A DNA stretch of 63,422 nt, counting the filler, from Stramenopiles sp. TOSAG23-2 (taxonomy: Eukaryota), in the NCBI GenBank assembly GCA_900128395.1. It is 4 parts of 4 records of this genome, joined end to end, with 100 filler letters (N's around TTAATTAATTAA, not from the genome) between each part and the next. Parts side by side here need not be neighbours in the genome. Positions count along the whole stretch, not along the records: positions 30,054 to 59,992 come from LT649386.1; positions 60,093 to 61,707 come from LT652599.1; positions 61,808 to 63,422 come from LT652600.1; 1 more part is not named here. One strand, given 5' to 3'. The notes below the pieces were generated by a model that saw only the letters and a program-made list of their open reading frames with translations, made no database searches and had not been told where the DNA came from. Below are positions 52,472 through 63,155 of the stretch, one piece after another. Position 1 is the first letter of the stretch, and each line of letters opens with the position of its first letter. Both the position numbers and the translations under genes were made by a program.

Positions 52472-53491
52472 ATGTTCATATCAACTTCATATTATATGTT
52501 ATTAATAATAATAATAATCATTTGCATAGCAAATGATATATTTATCATTGCACATGCTGCTACAATACGCCCATATTCCGTCTCAGGAGTTTCATCTGGT
52601 GGGTTCATGGCAATACAACATCACATCTCTTACAATAAAGACGTTTTTGGAGTAGGTTCTATTGCAGGTGGTCCATTTTTCTGTGCCCAAGACAAATTAG
52701 CAATAGCAATGAATGCTTGCATGTCTGCACCTGAATTTATATCAGTAACAGAATTGGTTACAATAACATATACAACCTATACTACGACAAGAACAATTGA
52801 TGACCCTTCGAATACAAAAGGTGATAAAATTTGGCTTTTCTCTGGGACGCAAGATAAAAAAGTTAAACCAGGTGTAATTGCTAAAACTTTTTCGTATTAT
52901 AGCGCATTAGGAGCCCTTGATAGTGACATTGAATTGAAAGATGATATACCAGCTGCACATGCGATGGTCACTGATAGCTATGGTAATGATTGTAATTATT
53001 TTGGTTCCCCATATTTAAATAATTGTAATTTTGATGCTGCTGGTGCCATGTTGAAACATTTTTATAATGATAAACTAAAACCACGTGTAAAGGCTAATAA
53101 AAAATTTATTGTTCCGTTTTTACAAACAAATTACCGTGACGATGAAGGGCTTAATTTATCAACTATTGGAATGGCTGATGTTGGATATGCATATATACCA
53201 ACGAAATGTCAAAATGGAAATATGAAAAGTTGTAATTTCCACGTTGCATATCATGGTTGTTTACAAGCATTTGAAAATGTAAATACTACTTTTGTTGAAA
53301 ATGCTGGTTATAATGATTGGGCTGAAGCAAATGATATTGTTATCTTGTATCCACAAGCAGCTAGTAATGCATTTAATCCAGAATCTTGTTGGGATTGGTG
53401 GGGATATACTGGCCCTGATTATGCATGTAAAATTGGATCACAATTATCAATTATTGGGAAGATAGTGGAGGATTTTATGAGTAGAGATTAG
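52472..53491 (+). CDS. Secreted poly(3-hydroxybutyrate) depolymerase-like esterase
   Basis: Signal peptide, N-terminal lipase box SVSGVSSGGFMA, AHAM.T, HVAYHGC.Q, GYN.WAEAN.I..LYPQ, NP..CWDWWGY. Confidence 0.88.
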   Translation: MFISTSYYMLLIIIIIICIANDIFIIAHAATIRPYSVSGVSSGGFMAIQHHISYNKDVFGVGSIAGGPFFCAQDKLAIAMNACMSAPEFISVTELVTITYTTYTTTRTIDDPSNTKGDKIWLFSGTQDKKVKPGVIAKTFSYYSALGALDSDIELKDDIPAAHAMVTDSYGNDCNYFGSPYLNNCNFDAAGAMLKHFYNDKLKPRVKANKKFIVPFLQTNYRDDEGLNLSTIGMADVGYAYIPTKCQNGNMKSCNFHVAYHGCLQAFENVNTTFVENAGYNDWAEANDIVILYPQAASNAFNPESCWDWWGYTGPDYACKIGSQLSIIGKIVEDFMSRD

Positions 53492-53821
53492 GCAAGAGAG
53501 AGAGAGAAGTAAAATGATATACATATATATAAATTTATGGATGGATATCATTTAAAATGATTACAACATGCATTTTATCTTTTTACTAAAAAAAAATTAA
53601 ATATAACACTTGATGATTTCTTTCGTACGTAAAAAATACAAAATACTCTAGAGAGACCAAAAAGAAAAAAACAAAAAATAAAAAAATATTTTTTTATACC
53701 TCAATCACAATAAAAACGTGCAAGCACATATATCCTACTCTCTCTCTACTTTCTTTTTAATACGTATGATACGAGTACTTAAATACGAATTCGTACGATA
53801 TCAATATAATTAAATACTTTT

Positions 53822-55138
53822 TTACTCACTACCTAAACCTTCCAATTGTGACATTAAATCATCTAAGGATTGTGATTCATCAGTCACGACAGATGTACCT
53901 TCATTATTATTTGATTTAGAACTATTATCTTTTTTAGCATATGCAAATTTTAAACCTTTTCCGATTCCTGTTTCATTGTCATCATTAGTTGTTGATTTTT
54001 TGTCATTATTGTTATCATCAGCATTATTATTATTTTCAACTTCTGTTGATTCACATTCAATACCCCATTCATTATCCTCATGTGTCACTGCTTGATTTAA
54101 ACGTGCTAATTCCTCTGGTGATTGCCAAACTTGTGGACTCCATTTGTATTCACCTTGATATTCTTTTTGCCTTGCGACGCATGGACGGCAAACACATTCT
54201 GGATTTGGCCGAACGATGGCAGAAGGAAAAAAATTATTCATTGCATTGTATCCAAGATAATAACTTGTCTGCCCAAAATCTAATAAATATTTTAATACAT
54301 TTTGTACTAACATACCAGCTACAATTCCCATTGTTGTTGGTAACGAAGCGGCACAAACACCTTCCCGTTTCAATGTTTTTTCATCAATTCCAGAGGCAAC
54401 AATTAATGGTGGAACACATTGAAAACAGGCTGTGCGACCAGGTAATAATGTTTGTATATGACCACTAACTGCATCTTCACTAACACCACTTTCCATCCAT
54501 GGTTGGTTTAATTCACAACATGCTTGGTTGATTGATATTCTTGCTGCATAATTATCGACACAACTTAAAACGAGATCAACACTTGTGGAACCTAAGCCAC
54601 CATTTGATATACGTCCTAGAAAATGTTCAAAGTTTTCAGATGTAGTAATATCATAATTATATGCTTCAAATACTACATCAGGATTAATATTTTCCAACGT
54701 TTGTTTAGCTGCATTGGTTTTCGTCATGCCAGCTTGATGGGGTTGAAAAAACAAACGGTTCATATTTGCTAACTCCACTGTATCATAATCAAATAATATT
54801 AATTTACCAACACCACAACGTGTTAACATTTCCGCAGCAACAGAACCAATGCCTCCAATACCTACAATGATAACTGTATACTTGCGTATATTTTCATAAT
54901 TATCAACGATACCCATACGTTTCAACGCCATCAAACGACTGTATGGATTTGTATCAATTACTTCGCTACTCATCTCTTCAATTTTTGTTCTTTTTACTAC
55001 ATCTTTTGTAGTAGTTGCCGGGGAAGAATTATTCCCAGCATTTGCTTCATATTCTTGCAGTTGCCTTAATGTTGCATCTAATTTTGCTTTTAATTTTTCA
55101 TTTTCAATTTGCAATTCGTTTGCCGTCAATGATGCCAT
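53822..55138 (-). CDS. UBA5: UFM1-activating enzyme UBA5
   Basis: [50 protein letters not shown], catalytic [19 protein letters not shown] (UFM1-interacting sequence). Confidence 0.97.
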   Translation of the reverse strand: MASLTANELQIENEKLKAKLDATLRQLQEYEANAGNNSSPATTTKDVVKRTKIEEMSSEVIDTNPYSRLMALKRMGIVDNYENIRKYTVIIVGIGGIGSVAAEMLTRCGVGKLILFDYDTVELANMNRLFFQPHQAGMTKTNAAKQTLENINPDVVFEAYNYDITTSENFEHFLGRISNGGLGSTSVDLVLSCVDNYAARISINQACCELNQPWMESGVSEDAVSGHIQTLLPGRTACFQCVPPLIVASGIDEKTLKREGVCAASLPTTMGIVAGMLVQNVLKYLLDFGQTSYYLGYNAMNNFFPSAIVRPNPECVCRPCVARQKEYQGEYKWSPQVWQSPEELARLNQAVTHEDNEWGIECESTEVENNNNADDNNNDKKSTTNDDNETGIGKGLKFAYAKKDNSSKSNNNEGTSVVTDESQSLDDLMSQLEGLGSE

Positions 55139-55814
55139 GATTTTATATATATATATATATATATGTATGTATCTCGTTACACAAAATACAGATTAATTAT
55201 CTTCTTTGTAAATATATATATATATATATCCTAACATCAGTCTCTCTCGCAAACACACACACACACACAGATACGACAGAATACAAATTATTATACAACG
55301 TGATGTGAGGCCAATTTTCTACTTCTTTCGAGTATGTTTTATTAAGTACGATCAAAGAGTACCGAATATTGGCCTATATCTATCAGTATTAAGGTATTAT
55401 TAATTCTCTGCAATTCTCTCTGTTAATTTTTAAATCTTTTTTTTTGATTTTTTTGTTCGAATAAAATTTATATAAAATTTGAAAAAAATTTTTGAAAATC
55501 ATGCCTCCCCAATTATATATAGCACCATATACCTGGTAGTATAATGTCATATTTTACACCTATGTCTTCTTCCAGTGTGTGTTCTTTTACGTTGGTTATA
55601 CACATAGATAAATTTCACATAGATAATAATTTTAATAGATAGATCTACATGTATAGATTGAAATTAAATATAGACAATTGTGTTGAATTATTAAACCATC
55701 ATCATATATAGCATATTAGTATAATCAAATTGGTATATATTTTGTGGGAAAAAATACATACATACACAAAAAGAAAGACGAGAAAATAACAAATAAAATA
55801 AAAATATTATTAAT

Positions 55815-58022
55815 ATGGCATCTGTAGCTGATTATTTAAAGAAACGGGAAGTAGAACGGGCACGCGCTGCTGTTTTTGATAAAAATGGATTGCCAACTAT
55901 GAATGCTGCTGCTATTAAACTTAGTTGTATGGAACATGAGGGGTACGAAACACCTTCATTGAATGAGAAATTATATTTACATTTTCGTGGATACCGTAAA
56001 ATTGAAAATTTGGAAGAATATCCAAATGTTAAAACTCTTTTTCTTGAAAGTAACGGTTTGCGAAAAATTGAAAATATAGAACATTTAAAACAACTACGTT
56101 GTTTATATTTACATCAAAATGTTATTGAAGAAATGTCTGGCCTGGATACTTTAAGCGAATTGAGAACGTTAAATTTGAGCCAAAATAAGATTGCAAAAAT
56201 TTCAAATTTAAAAGGTTTAGAAAAACTGAGCACATTGAATCTAGGGAAAAATTGTTTAACGAATGCTGAGGATTTAGAAGGTTTATTGGAGTGTCCGTCT
56301 ATTACCAATTTAGATTTAAGTAGTAATAATATTGACGATGTTGAAATTGTTGAAAAAGTTTTAAAGAAGATGCCAAAATTATCTGCATTGTATTTAAAAG
56401 GAAATCCATGTGTGCGTAAGATAAAGCATTATCGTAAAACAATGTTGAGCACGATGCCACAATTGGCATATTTGGATGAAAGGCCTGTTTTTGAACTGGA
56501 ACGCGTTGCGGTGAAAGCATGGAAAGAAGGTGGCATTGAAGCAGAGAGAGAAGCAAGAAAACAATTTCAAGCCAAAAAGATCAATGATGATCGTCAGAGT
56601 ATGAAGACATTTCGCAAATGGAAGGAAGATCGGCGTGCTGCTAGGAAAGCGTTGATTCAGAAATGCAAAGATGAAGGAAAGCCAGTTCCAAAACCGAAGA
56701 AATATGTATCATATCGTGAACTTTCAAACGAAGAATTAGATCGCCTGGATTCGAATAATCGTGCTTTAGCAAAAGCGGAGAGAAGAGCTGGGGACAATCC
56801 AAGCGATATCAAAGCAGTTGGGCGTGAATATTGGAAAGAAAGGGGGGCACCAGTGTATGATGAAGATGGAAATGAAATCGTTGAAGGTACGGATAGTAAT
56901 AAAGCCCCATCACCTAGTGCAAATGTTTCAGAAAAAACAACTGCAAATGTGCCTAAAAAAGCTACTCCAACATCATCACCACCACCACCTCCAGCACCTT
57001 CAACAACAACATCAAATGCTCCACCATTACCCCCAGCACCAGCAGTGCAAAAACAAAAAACTGCGGAGGATATTGCCAAAGAAAAGGAACAGGAAGAGGA
57101 AAAATTACGACAAGAAATGGAAGAAAATGAAAGGCAAAATCGTGTATCCGAATCGTATCGTATGTACCAGCAACAACGTCAAAGGGGTGGGGTAAATCCA
57201 CTTAGTGCTGGTCAAAAATCCAGTAAACGCGATGATGGGCGTTTATCCTATGCACAAAGAATTATGAAAGAACAAAATGAACTTAGAAATAACAAGTCAA
57301 AAAATACCGCAAAGCTATTAGATGAAGAAGAGCGTTCGTTATCGACGCCTGAGAAAGAAAAATTGCAACAAATGGTTGCTGAAGCAGAGGAAGAAGAAGA
57401 CAATTACCGGAGCGCGCGTTCGCGAATGAAACAGCAAGCAAAGGAAAGAAGTTCCAAGTCAAGTAATGGTTGGACACCTGCTCTCGATAAGAAGTTACAA
57501 AGTGCTGTGTTAAAGCATATATTTGATTTTGAAAAGGTTGCAAAAGATATAGGCACGACTTCAGAAGCTTGTCGATTAAGATATGCCATGTTAGATCGTT
57601 CTCGCACAGATGTTGGCAAACCGGTAAATCCACTGACACAGTTGGTTGAAAAAGAAGCCAAGAGAAATAAGGACAATGTCATTAAACAGCAAAATCTACC
57701 AGACAAAATCGTTAAAAGTAATCAAAATAATAAATATGTAAAAGCCAACGCGAATGCTTCCGATCCATTTGCATCATTTGCAGCTTCATCGAGCGGCATA
57801 TCAAACGTTACAGTGGACTTTTCGAAATTACCATCAATGCAAGATGATGACAGCAGTGATGATGACGAAGATGTGCAACCAGGCATTTTTGCCTCCGCAT
57901 TGAGATCGACAGACATCCACAAAGAAATATTTGGTACAAATGATGAAAATAGTATAGGTGGTAATGGTGGTGATGATGATAACAATAATATGGAATCAAC
58001 TGATGTGGACGGGCTGGACTAG
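55815..58022 (+). CDS. DNAAF1: Dynein axonemal assembly factor 1 (ODA7/LRRC50) homologue with a C-terminal Myb/SANT-like domain
   Basis: Y.TP.LN.KLYLHF.G...IENLEEY, LRRs, LYLKGNP..R.I.HYRK, LAYLDERPVF..ER...AW..GG.EAER. Confidence 0.88.
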   Translation: MASVADYLKKREVERARAAVFDKNGLPTMNAAAIKLSCMEHEGYETPSLNEKLYLHFRGYRKIENLEEYPNVKTLFLESNGLRKIENIEHLKQLRCLYLHQNVIEEMSGLDTLSELRTLNLSQNKIAKISNLKGLEKLSTLNLGKNCLTNAEDLEGLLECPSITNLDLSSNNIDDVEIVEKVLKKMPKLSALYLKGNPCVRKIKHYRKTMLSTMPQLAYLDERPVFELERVAVKAWKEGGIEAEREARKQFQAKKINDDRQSMKTFRKWKEDRRAARKALIQKCKDEGKPVPKPKKYVSYRELSNEELDRLDSNNRALAKAERRAGDNPSDIKAVGREYWKERGAPVYDEDGNEIVEGTDSNKAPSPSANVSEKTTANVPKKATPTSSPPPPPAPSTTTSNAPPLPPAPAVQKQKTAEDIAKEKEQEEEKLRQEMEENERQNRVSESYRMYQQQRQRGGVNPLSAGQKSSKRDDGRLSYAQRIMKEQNELRNNKSKNTAKLLDEEERSLSTPEKEKLQQMVAEAEEEEDNYRSARSRMKQQAKERSSKSSNGWTPALDKKLQSAVLKHIFDFEKVAKDIGTTSEACRLRYAMLDRSRTDVGKPVNPLTQLVEKEAKRNKDNVIKQQNLPDKIVKSNQNNKYVKANANASDPFASFAASSSGISNVTVDFSKLPSMQDDDSSDDDEDVQPGIFASALRSTDIHKEIFGTNDENSIGGNGGDDDNNNMESTDVDGLD

Positions 58023-58780
58023 AGAGAGAGAGGCGAGATAAAATTCCACGACGGAGCGCTGTAATAAATGTATGCATACGCACCACACTACTCTTCGTAA
58101 TCATATTAATACGAGTTCGTACATACGAGTACGAAGTAATATTATACTTCGTATATATATACGCGCGCGTTGTATAAAATATTTATAACAAATACGGTCG
58201 TGGGTCGTGGAGTGAAAAAGAAATTGAAAAAGTGAAAAGTGACAGAAATAGGAAATTGTAGAGTATATAAAAATATGTACTTAGTACACTTAGGGTTATT
58301 AGTTGTAACGATTTTAATTTTGTTTTATTTTTAAGTTGCTTAACAGTGCAACAGGATCCGAAAATAAATGAAATAAAAATTGCCATTTTCGGGCCAAAGC
58401 GGGTTTTCCCCTTAGTATACTGACAAGTATAATATATTATCCTTAATATTATCCATTATTCCAATACTATCTATATGTAAATATAAAATATCCGAAACAC
58501 ATACTTTTAATTTATCTCATCATTTATATTCTGTCTTCATGAAACGTATTCAAATAAAAAAAACTAATTATTGTATCAAAAAATCAATATGATTAAGTTT
58601 GTATTTTACACTATTATTTAATAGGGTAAAACGAACCATGAGGGTGAGTTGGTGAATGGTTCACATTTACATTACTTATTACATTAGCATGTAATTAGCA
58701 TGTAAATATGTAAATTGTAATCAATAAATATATCGGAAAAACATATATATAGATGTATATCCGGATATTGATAGATTGAT

Positions 58781-59017
58781 AGATTGATAGATTGATCGAC
58801 GACAAAGACAAAGTAAATTGATTTACTGTATAAAACAAACGCAAACGGAAATAATACTTCTAAGAAAAGATCAGACAAGCAATCCATCAACAGCGTTTGT
58901 AGATTGACAGATTGATCGATGACAAACAAAGACAAAGTAAATTGATTTATAAAAATCAAACACGAACGGAAAGAATACTTCTAAGAAAAGATCAAACAAG
59001 AAACCAACAGTGTTTGT
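58781..59017. repeat. Diverged ~120-bp tandem repeat (two copies), preceded by (GATTGATA)-like units
   Basis: 58781-58900 and 58901-~59017 share GATTGATCGA, GACAAAGTAAATTGATTTA and AATACTTCTAAGAAAAGATCA, with several substitutions and indels. Confidence 0.8.
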
Positions 59018-59167
59018 ATAGTGAAAAACAACTTACACAGAAACATTGTTTCTTATATACCTCTGACACATATCCACGATCCATAGCAGAATCGATTATA
59101 TTTGACACAAAACTGCAGGTACATATTTTGACACGTTAAAAAAACAGAAAATCAGAAGATTAGTAAC

Positions 59168-59578
59168 ATGGCGGAAGATGCATTAAATGCAATTGATAAA
59201 ACAATGCAAGCTAGTACATTAGCGTTAGCAGCTGGTACGGCACTTGTTGCTGGTACATCTAAAGCATTGGAAAAGAAATCGAAAAAAAAGAAAAAGAAGA
59301 AAAATAATGCAAATACGAAAGTACATCCATCATCCATGACAGACAATGAAATGGAAGGGAATAAATCGTTGACCTATCTTTTAGCATATAATGGTAAAAA
59401 CGATAATGATGATGTGTTGAACTATTTAGTTAGTAAAGGTAGTGGTGATGCAAATGATATTAGCAAAGGTCGTTTAGATAAAAAATATGGTGCACCACCA
59501 TTATTAAATGCGTGTAAGAAAGGTACATTATCACTTGATGAAGCAAAAGTATTGATTGATGGATGTGGTCAAGAATAA
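59168..59578 (+). CDS. Short ORF with a Lys tract and ankyrin-like repeats, probably truncated or spliced
   Basis: G....YLLAYNG....V..YLVSKG and YGAPPLLNACKKG....AKVLI resemble ankyrin repeats. The ORF ends abruptly. Confidence 0.45.
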   Translation: MAEDALNAIDKTMQASTLALAAGTALVAGTSKALEKKSKKKKKKKNNANTKVHPSSMTDNEMEGNKSLTYLLAYNGKNDNDDVLNYLVSKGSGDANDISKGRLDKKYGAPPLLNACKKGTLSLDEAKVLIDGCGQE

Positions 59579-59643
59579 TTGTACAGATGTCATTTCTTAT
59601 TAACCTAACGATAATAATTAAATGTGAGACCTTAAATTACACA

Positions 59644-59917
59644 ATGCTGCTATATCATGCTCCATTGATTGCAATACTATTTGCATTGTAAATACCTAAA
59701 CTCATACACAACAAAATGTAATAATGTGGTACTAAGTGCCTAATAAAAATAATAGACTTTAATTCTAATTCTTCTTTTATATGCTGCTATATCATGCTCC
59801 ATTGATTGCAATACTATTTGCATTGTAAATACCTAAACTCATACACAACAAAATGTAATAATGTGGTACTAAGTGCCTAATAAAAATAATAGACTTTAAT
59901 TCTAATTCTTCTTTTAT
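59644..59917. repeat. 137-bp exact tandem duplication
   Basis: 59644-59780 is repeated at 59781-59917. Confidence 0.9.
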
Positions 59918-59992
59918 ATTATTATTATTAATAAAATATATAGTACCAAGTATTCTATATAGTAAAAAAAGACGTTCAATTATACTTTATTA

Positions 59993-60092
59993 NNNNNNNN
60001 NNNNNNNNNNNNNNNNNNNNNNNNNNNNNNNNNNNNTTAATTAATTAANNNNNNNNNNNNNNNNNNNNNNNNNNNNNNNNNNNNNNNNNNNN
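59993..60092. other. Artificial contig spacer
   Basis: 44 N + TTAATTAATTAA + 44 N. Confidence 0.98.
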
Positions 60093-60212
60093 TTCACTGC
60101 GCGATTTGTAATTAAATATTTAATTTGAAATGGTGCCTGATACGACATACGACAATTAATGGTAAATTGATATACCTTGTTTTCTTCCAATGCAAAAGTC
60201 TGTAATCCTAAT

Positions 60213-60456
60213 CCCGATATAATTTTTACTGTGCCGGCCCTTCACCGATTTTCGGTACAAATTTTTTATTATACTTAAAACACTATATTACCTATCAAAT
60301 ACACAAATTAATCGTTTTTCAGGTTTTCAAATAAATTTCGAGTGTGCTGAGTTTTGGATTAATTTGTGTATTTGATAGTTAATATAGTGTTTAAGTATAC
60401 CAAAAAAATTGTACCGAAAATTTACGACTGGCCGGCACAGTAACAATTATATCGGG
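60213..60456. mobile_element. MITE-like foldback element with ~100-bp imperfect inverted arms
   Basis: 60213-60313 is the imperfect reverse complement of 60357-60456, around a 43-bp spacer. Non-coding. Confidence 0.7.
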
Positions 60457-60688
60457 TATTAAGGTGCACAGGTGCTATTTTTTGTGCATTTGGTAACCCA
60501 CATCACCCAAAACATCCAATTTATTTGAATATAAAAACATATATATATATTCACTTCAGTCCTATACAGTTATACTCGTCATCTCTGTTTACGAAATAGG
60601 AGACACGCAACAAAAAATTATTATTATTTAATTATAAATTCATCTCGCAGTGAAAAAATTATCAAAAACTATTATCAGATTCATCATC

Positions 60689-61656
60689 ATGGAACGATTT
60701 TTTCCATTTGTCGGGCTTGCGAAAAAAAAAGGACTTGGTACATTATTAAAAGAAGCCATTATACCTGCAATAGCTGTAACATTTATGGCAGTTCCACAAG
60801 GTTTAGCCTATGCAATATTGGCCGGTATGCCTCCCATTTATGGTTTATATTCATGCACATTTCCGTTGCTTGTTTATAGTTTGCTTGGAACATCTGGTCA
60901 AATTGCTTTAGGACCTGTAGCTATGATTTCTTTATTGACATCAGGGACTATTAATGCCATTCCTGATATTACACCAGATTTGGTTATTCCTCTTGTTCAT
61001 GCATTAGCATTACTTTATGGAATTGCAACTTTGCTACTTGGTGTTTTAAAGCTTGGTAGCATTACGCAGTTTTTATCACATGAAGTTCTTGGTGGATTTA
61101 CATCTGCTGCTGCAATTATAATATCATTTAGTCAAATGAAATATGTATTAGGTGTAAAAGCTAAGAAACATCATTATCCAGTTAATACAGTAATAGAAGT
61201 ATTTTCTCAAGTCCCAAATACAAATTTTGCTGAATTATTTATTTCAATAATAAGCGGAACAATTGTATTGCTTTTAAGAAGGTGGAAAAAAGCAAATCTT
61301 GGGTCAGATGGGCAGAAAAAGACAAAAGGGGAAGCTAGCAAATGTTTTAAATTCATGGCTGTTGCAACACGATTTTCAGCATTAATTGTAGTTATGTAAG
61401 TAAATTCTATTTCCCTAACCCTAAAAAAAAAAGATAGCGTCTCTAACACATCACTCATTTATACGCTACCCTCCACAGTGTTGCATCGATAATTGCTGGA
61501 ATTATGATTCTATCTGGAGTAAAAATTAATGTAGTTGGTCTTCAACCTATGGGTATTCCTGCACCGACAATAATATTTACAAGTAGCCAAGTGGCAACTT
61601 ACTTGCCAACGTTAGCTTTACCTGCTATAACAATGGCATTTATCGGTTTTGCAGAA
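60689..61656 (+). CDS. SulP/SLC26 sulfate/anion transporter, 5' part. Exons 60689-61395 and 61479-~61656; truncated at the contig end
   Basis: VPQGLAYAILAGMPPIYGLY, GTSGQIALGPVA, FLS..VLGGFTSAAAIII. Splicing out the intron restores the frame (..VV-I-VASIIAGIM..). Confidence 0.9.
61396..61478 (+). other. 83-nt spliceosomal intron in the SulP gene
   Basis: GTAAGT donor, CTAAC branch-like sites and CTCCACAG acceptor. Removal joins two SulP-like frames in phase. Confidence 0.85.
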
Positions 61657-61707
61657 GAGCAACAGAAACGTATGCAGGAAATGTATAAGCAACAACAAGA
61701 GCGACAA

Positions 61708-61807
61708 NNNNNNNNNNNNNNNNNNNNNNNNNNNNNNNNNNNNNNNNNNNNTTAATTAATTAANNNNNNNNNNNNNNNNNNNNNNNNNNNNNNNNNNNNN
61801 NNNNNNN
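61708..61807. other. Artificial contig spacer
   Basis: 44 N + TTAATTAATTAA + 44 N. Confidence 0.98.
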
Positions 61808-62095
61808 CAAAAAATGAATTTCAAAAAAGGATTTTGTGATTTCATTTTTTTTAAATAAATAACTTAATAGATATATCATTATACAAAATAAAATCGGATA
61901 TTTGTATGTTAAAAATATCAATAATCGGCATATTTTGATCCAATTTGGGTCCGCTTGAACCCTACTCATCAACTCTATTATAATGCTATTCCTATGCTAA
62001 TATTTTCGGTCAAGAGCGGAGCGTATTTAAGGGTACGTAAAATAATTGGAGTGCATGTGTGTGTTATTTACGATTGAAAGCACAATATAGCTCTA

Positions 62096-63155
62096 CAGAT
62101 GTTTGTGACCTCCGTGGGACAACGCTGTTGACGCCGTTTTTTTTTTTTTTTTTTTCATCACAATAAAAGATTGCGCGCGCGATGGTTTAAAAGTATAATA
62201 TTAGTATACTATATTTGTTGGTTTTGATAGGGAAATATGTAGAAAATACCACCTTTCTCGCGTTTTCGATTAAATAATAATAAGATAAACTTTTTTGAAT
62301 TCACACTAAAAAATATATAAAGTACTACTAAAATATAGAAAGAGTAAGCGACCTACTGCTTGACTCAATGAATTACATGTACATCATATCTTTCTCAATC
62401 ATCATCATTGAAGTCTTTTATATCGTAGTCATATACATATTTACTTTTACCATCAAGTCGATATAAAAAGCACCATGCCCACAAGAAGAAATAAGAGGAC
62501 GTCTGATACACCAAATAATGATCGTAGTGGTTCTTCTGATTCTACTAGTCGTCATCATAAAAAACAAAAAACAAATGAAAACACAAATGAAGACACACAT
62601 GATAATACAAGGATTTAAATCCGGAGAATATGGCGCCGTGAAAAATAACAATACCACCAGCTTCTTCAATCAAATTTCTAATTTTCATATGATTATGAAT
62701 GGAAGCATTATCTATAATTAATATTGAATTTACTTCTCCGTGCCGACCATTCCGAGTGCTTTATATTTCTTTCAGTTTGTAGATTATTATTCTGATTAAC
62801 CACGGCACGCGATGTACGTTTCTTTATTTTTTTTGTGGAATGAGGCATTGTATATGTGTACAGTAAGTAATAAATGGCACCAGTATGTTTTATTTACACG
62901 GTTGTAGTATATCCGACATATACATTATACTGTACATGTATGTACTTTGTAATAGATATATATTGTATATTCATTTTTATTAAACATTTTTCACTTTCGA
63001 GGTATTTTCTACATATTTCCCTATCAAAACCAACAAATATAGTATACTAATATTATACTTTTAAACCATCGCGCGCGCAATTTTTTATTGTGATGAAAAA
63101 AAAAAAAAAAAAAACGGCGTCAACAGCGTTGTCCCACGGAGGTCACAAACATCTG
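62096..63155. mobile_element. Non-autonomous (internally deleted) Tc1/mariner-IS630 superfamily DNA transposon with long TIRs and TA target-site duplication
   Basis: 62093-62250 and 63001-63158 are 158-bp inverted repeats with one mismatch seen. Ends read TA|CAGATG...CATCTG|TA. Contains a transposase remnant. Confidence 0.9.
62610..62848 (-). pseudogene. Tc1/IS630-type DDE transposase remnant
   Basis: Minus strand 62730-62610 reads NSILIIDNASIHNHMKIRNLIEEAGGIVIF/TAPYSPDLNP with a 1-nt frameshift. A putative N-terminus (MPHSTKKIKKRT..) starts at 62848 in another frame. Confidence 0.85.

Noticed and set aside
48939-55138. Two E1 enzymes (UBA1, UBA5) 1.8 kb apart as a possible ubiquitin-like gene cluster
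   Set aside because: Both are standard eukaryotic housekeeping genes separated by an unrelated esterase, with no E2 or ubiquitin-like partner nearby. Coincidence suffices.
58781-59017. Repeat units as a possible CRISPR-like array
   Set aside because: Only two diverged ~120-bp copies with no unique spacers and no cas genes, in a eukaryotic context.
61413-61424. CCCTAACCCTAA telomere-like repeat
   Set aside because: Only two units, inside an intron where CTAAC doubles as a branch-site-like sequence.
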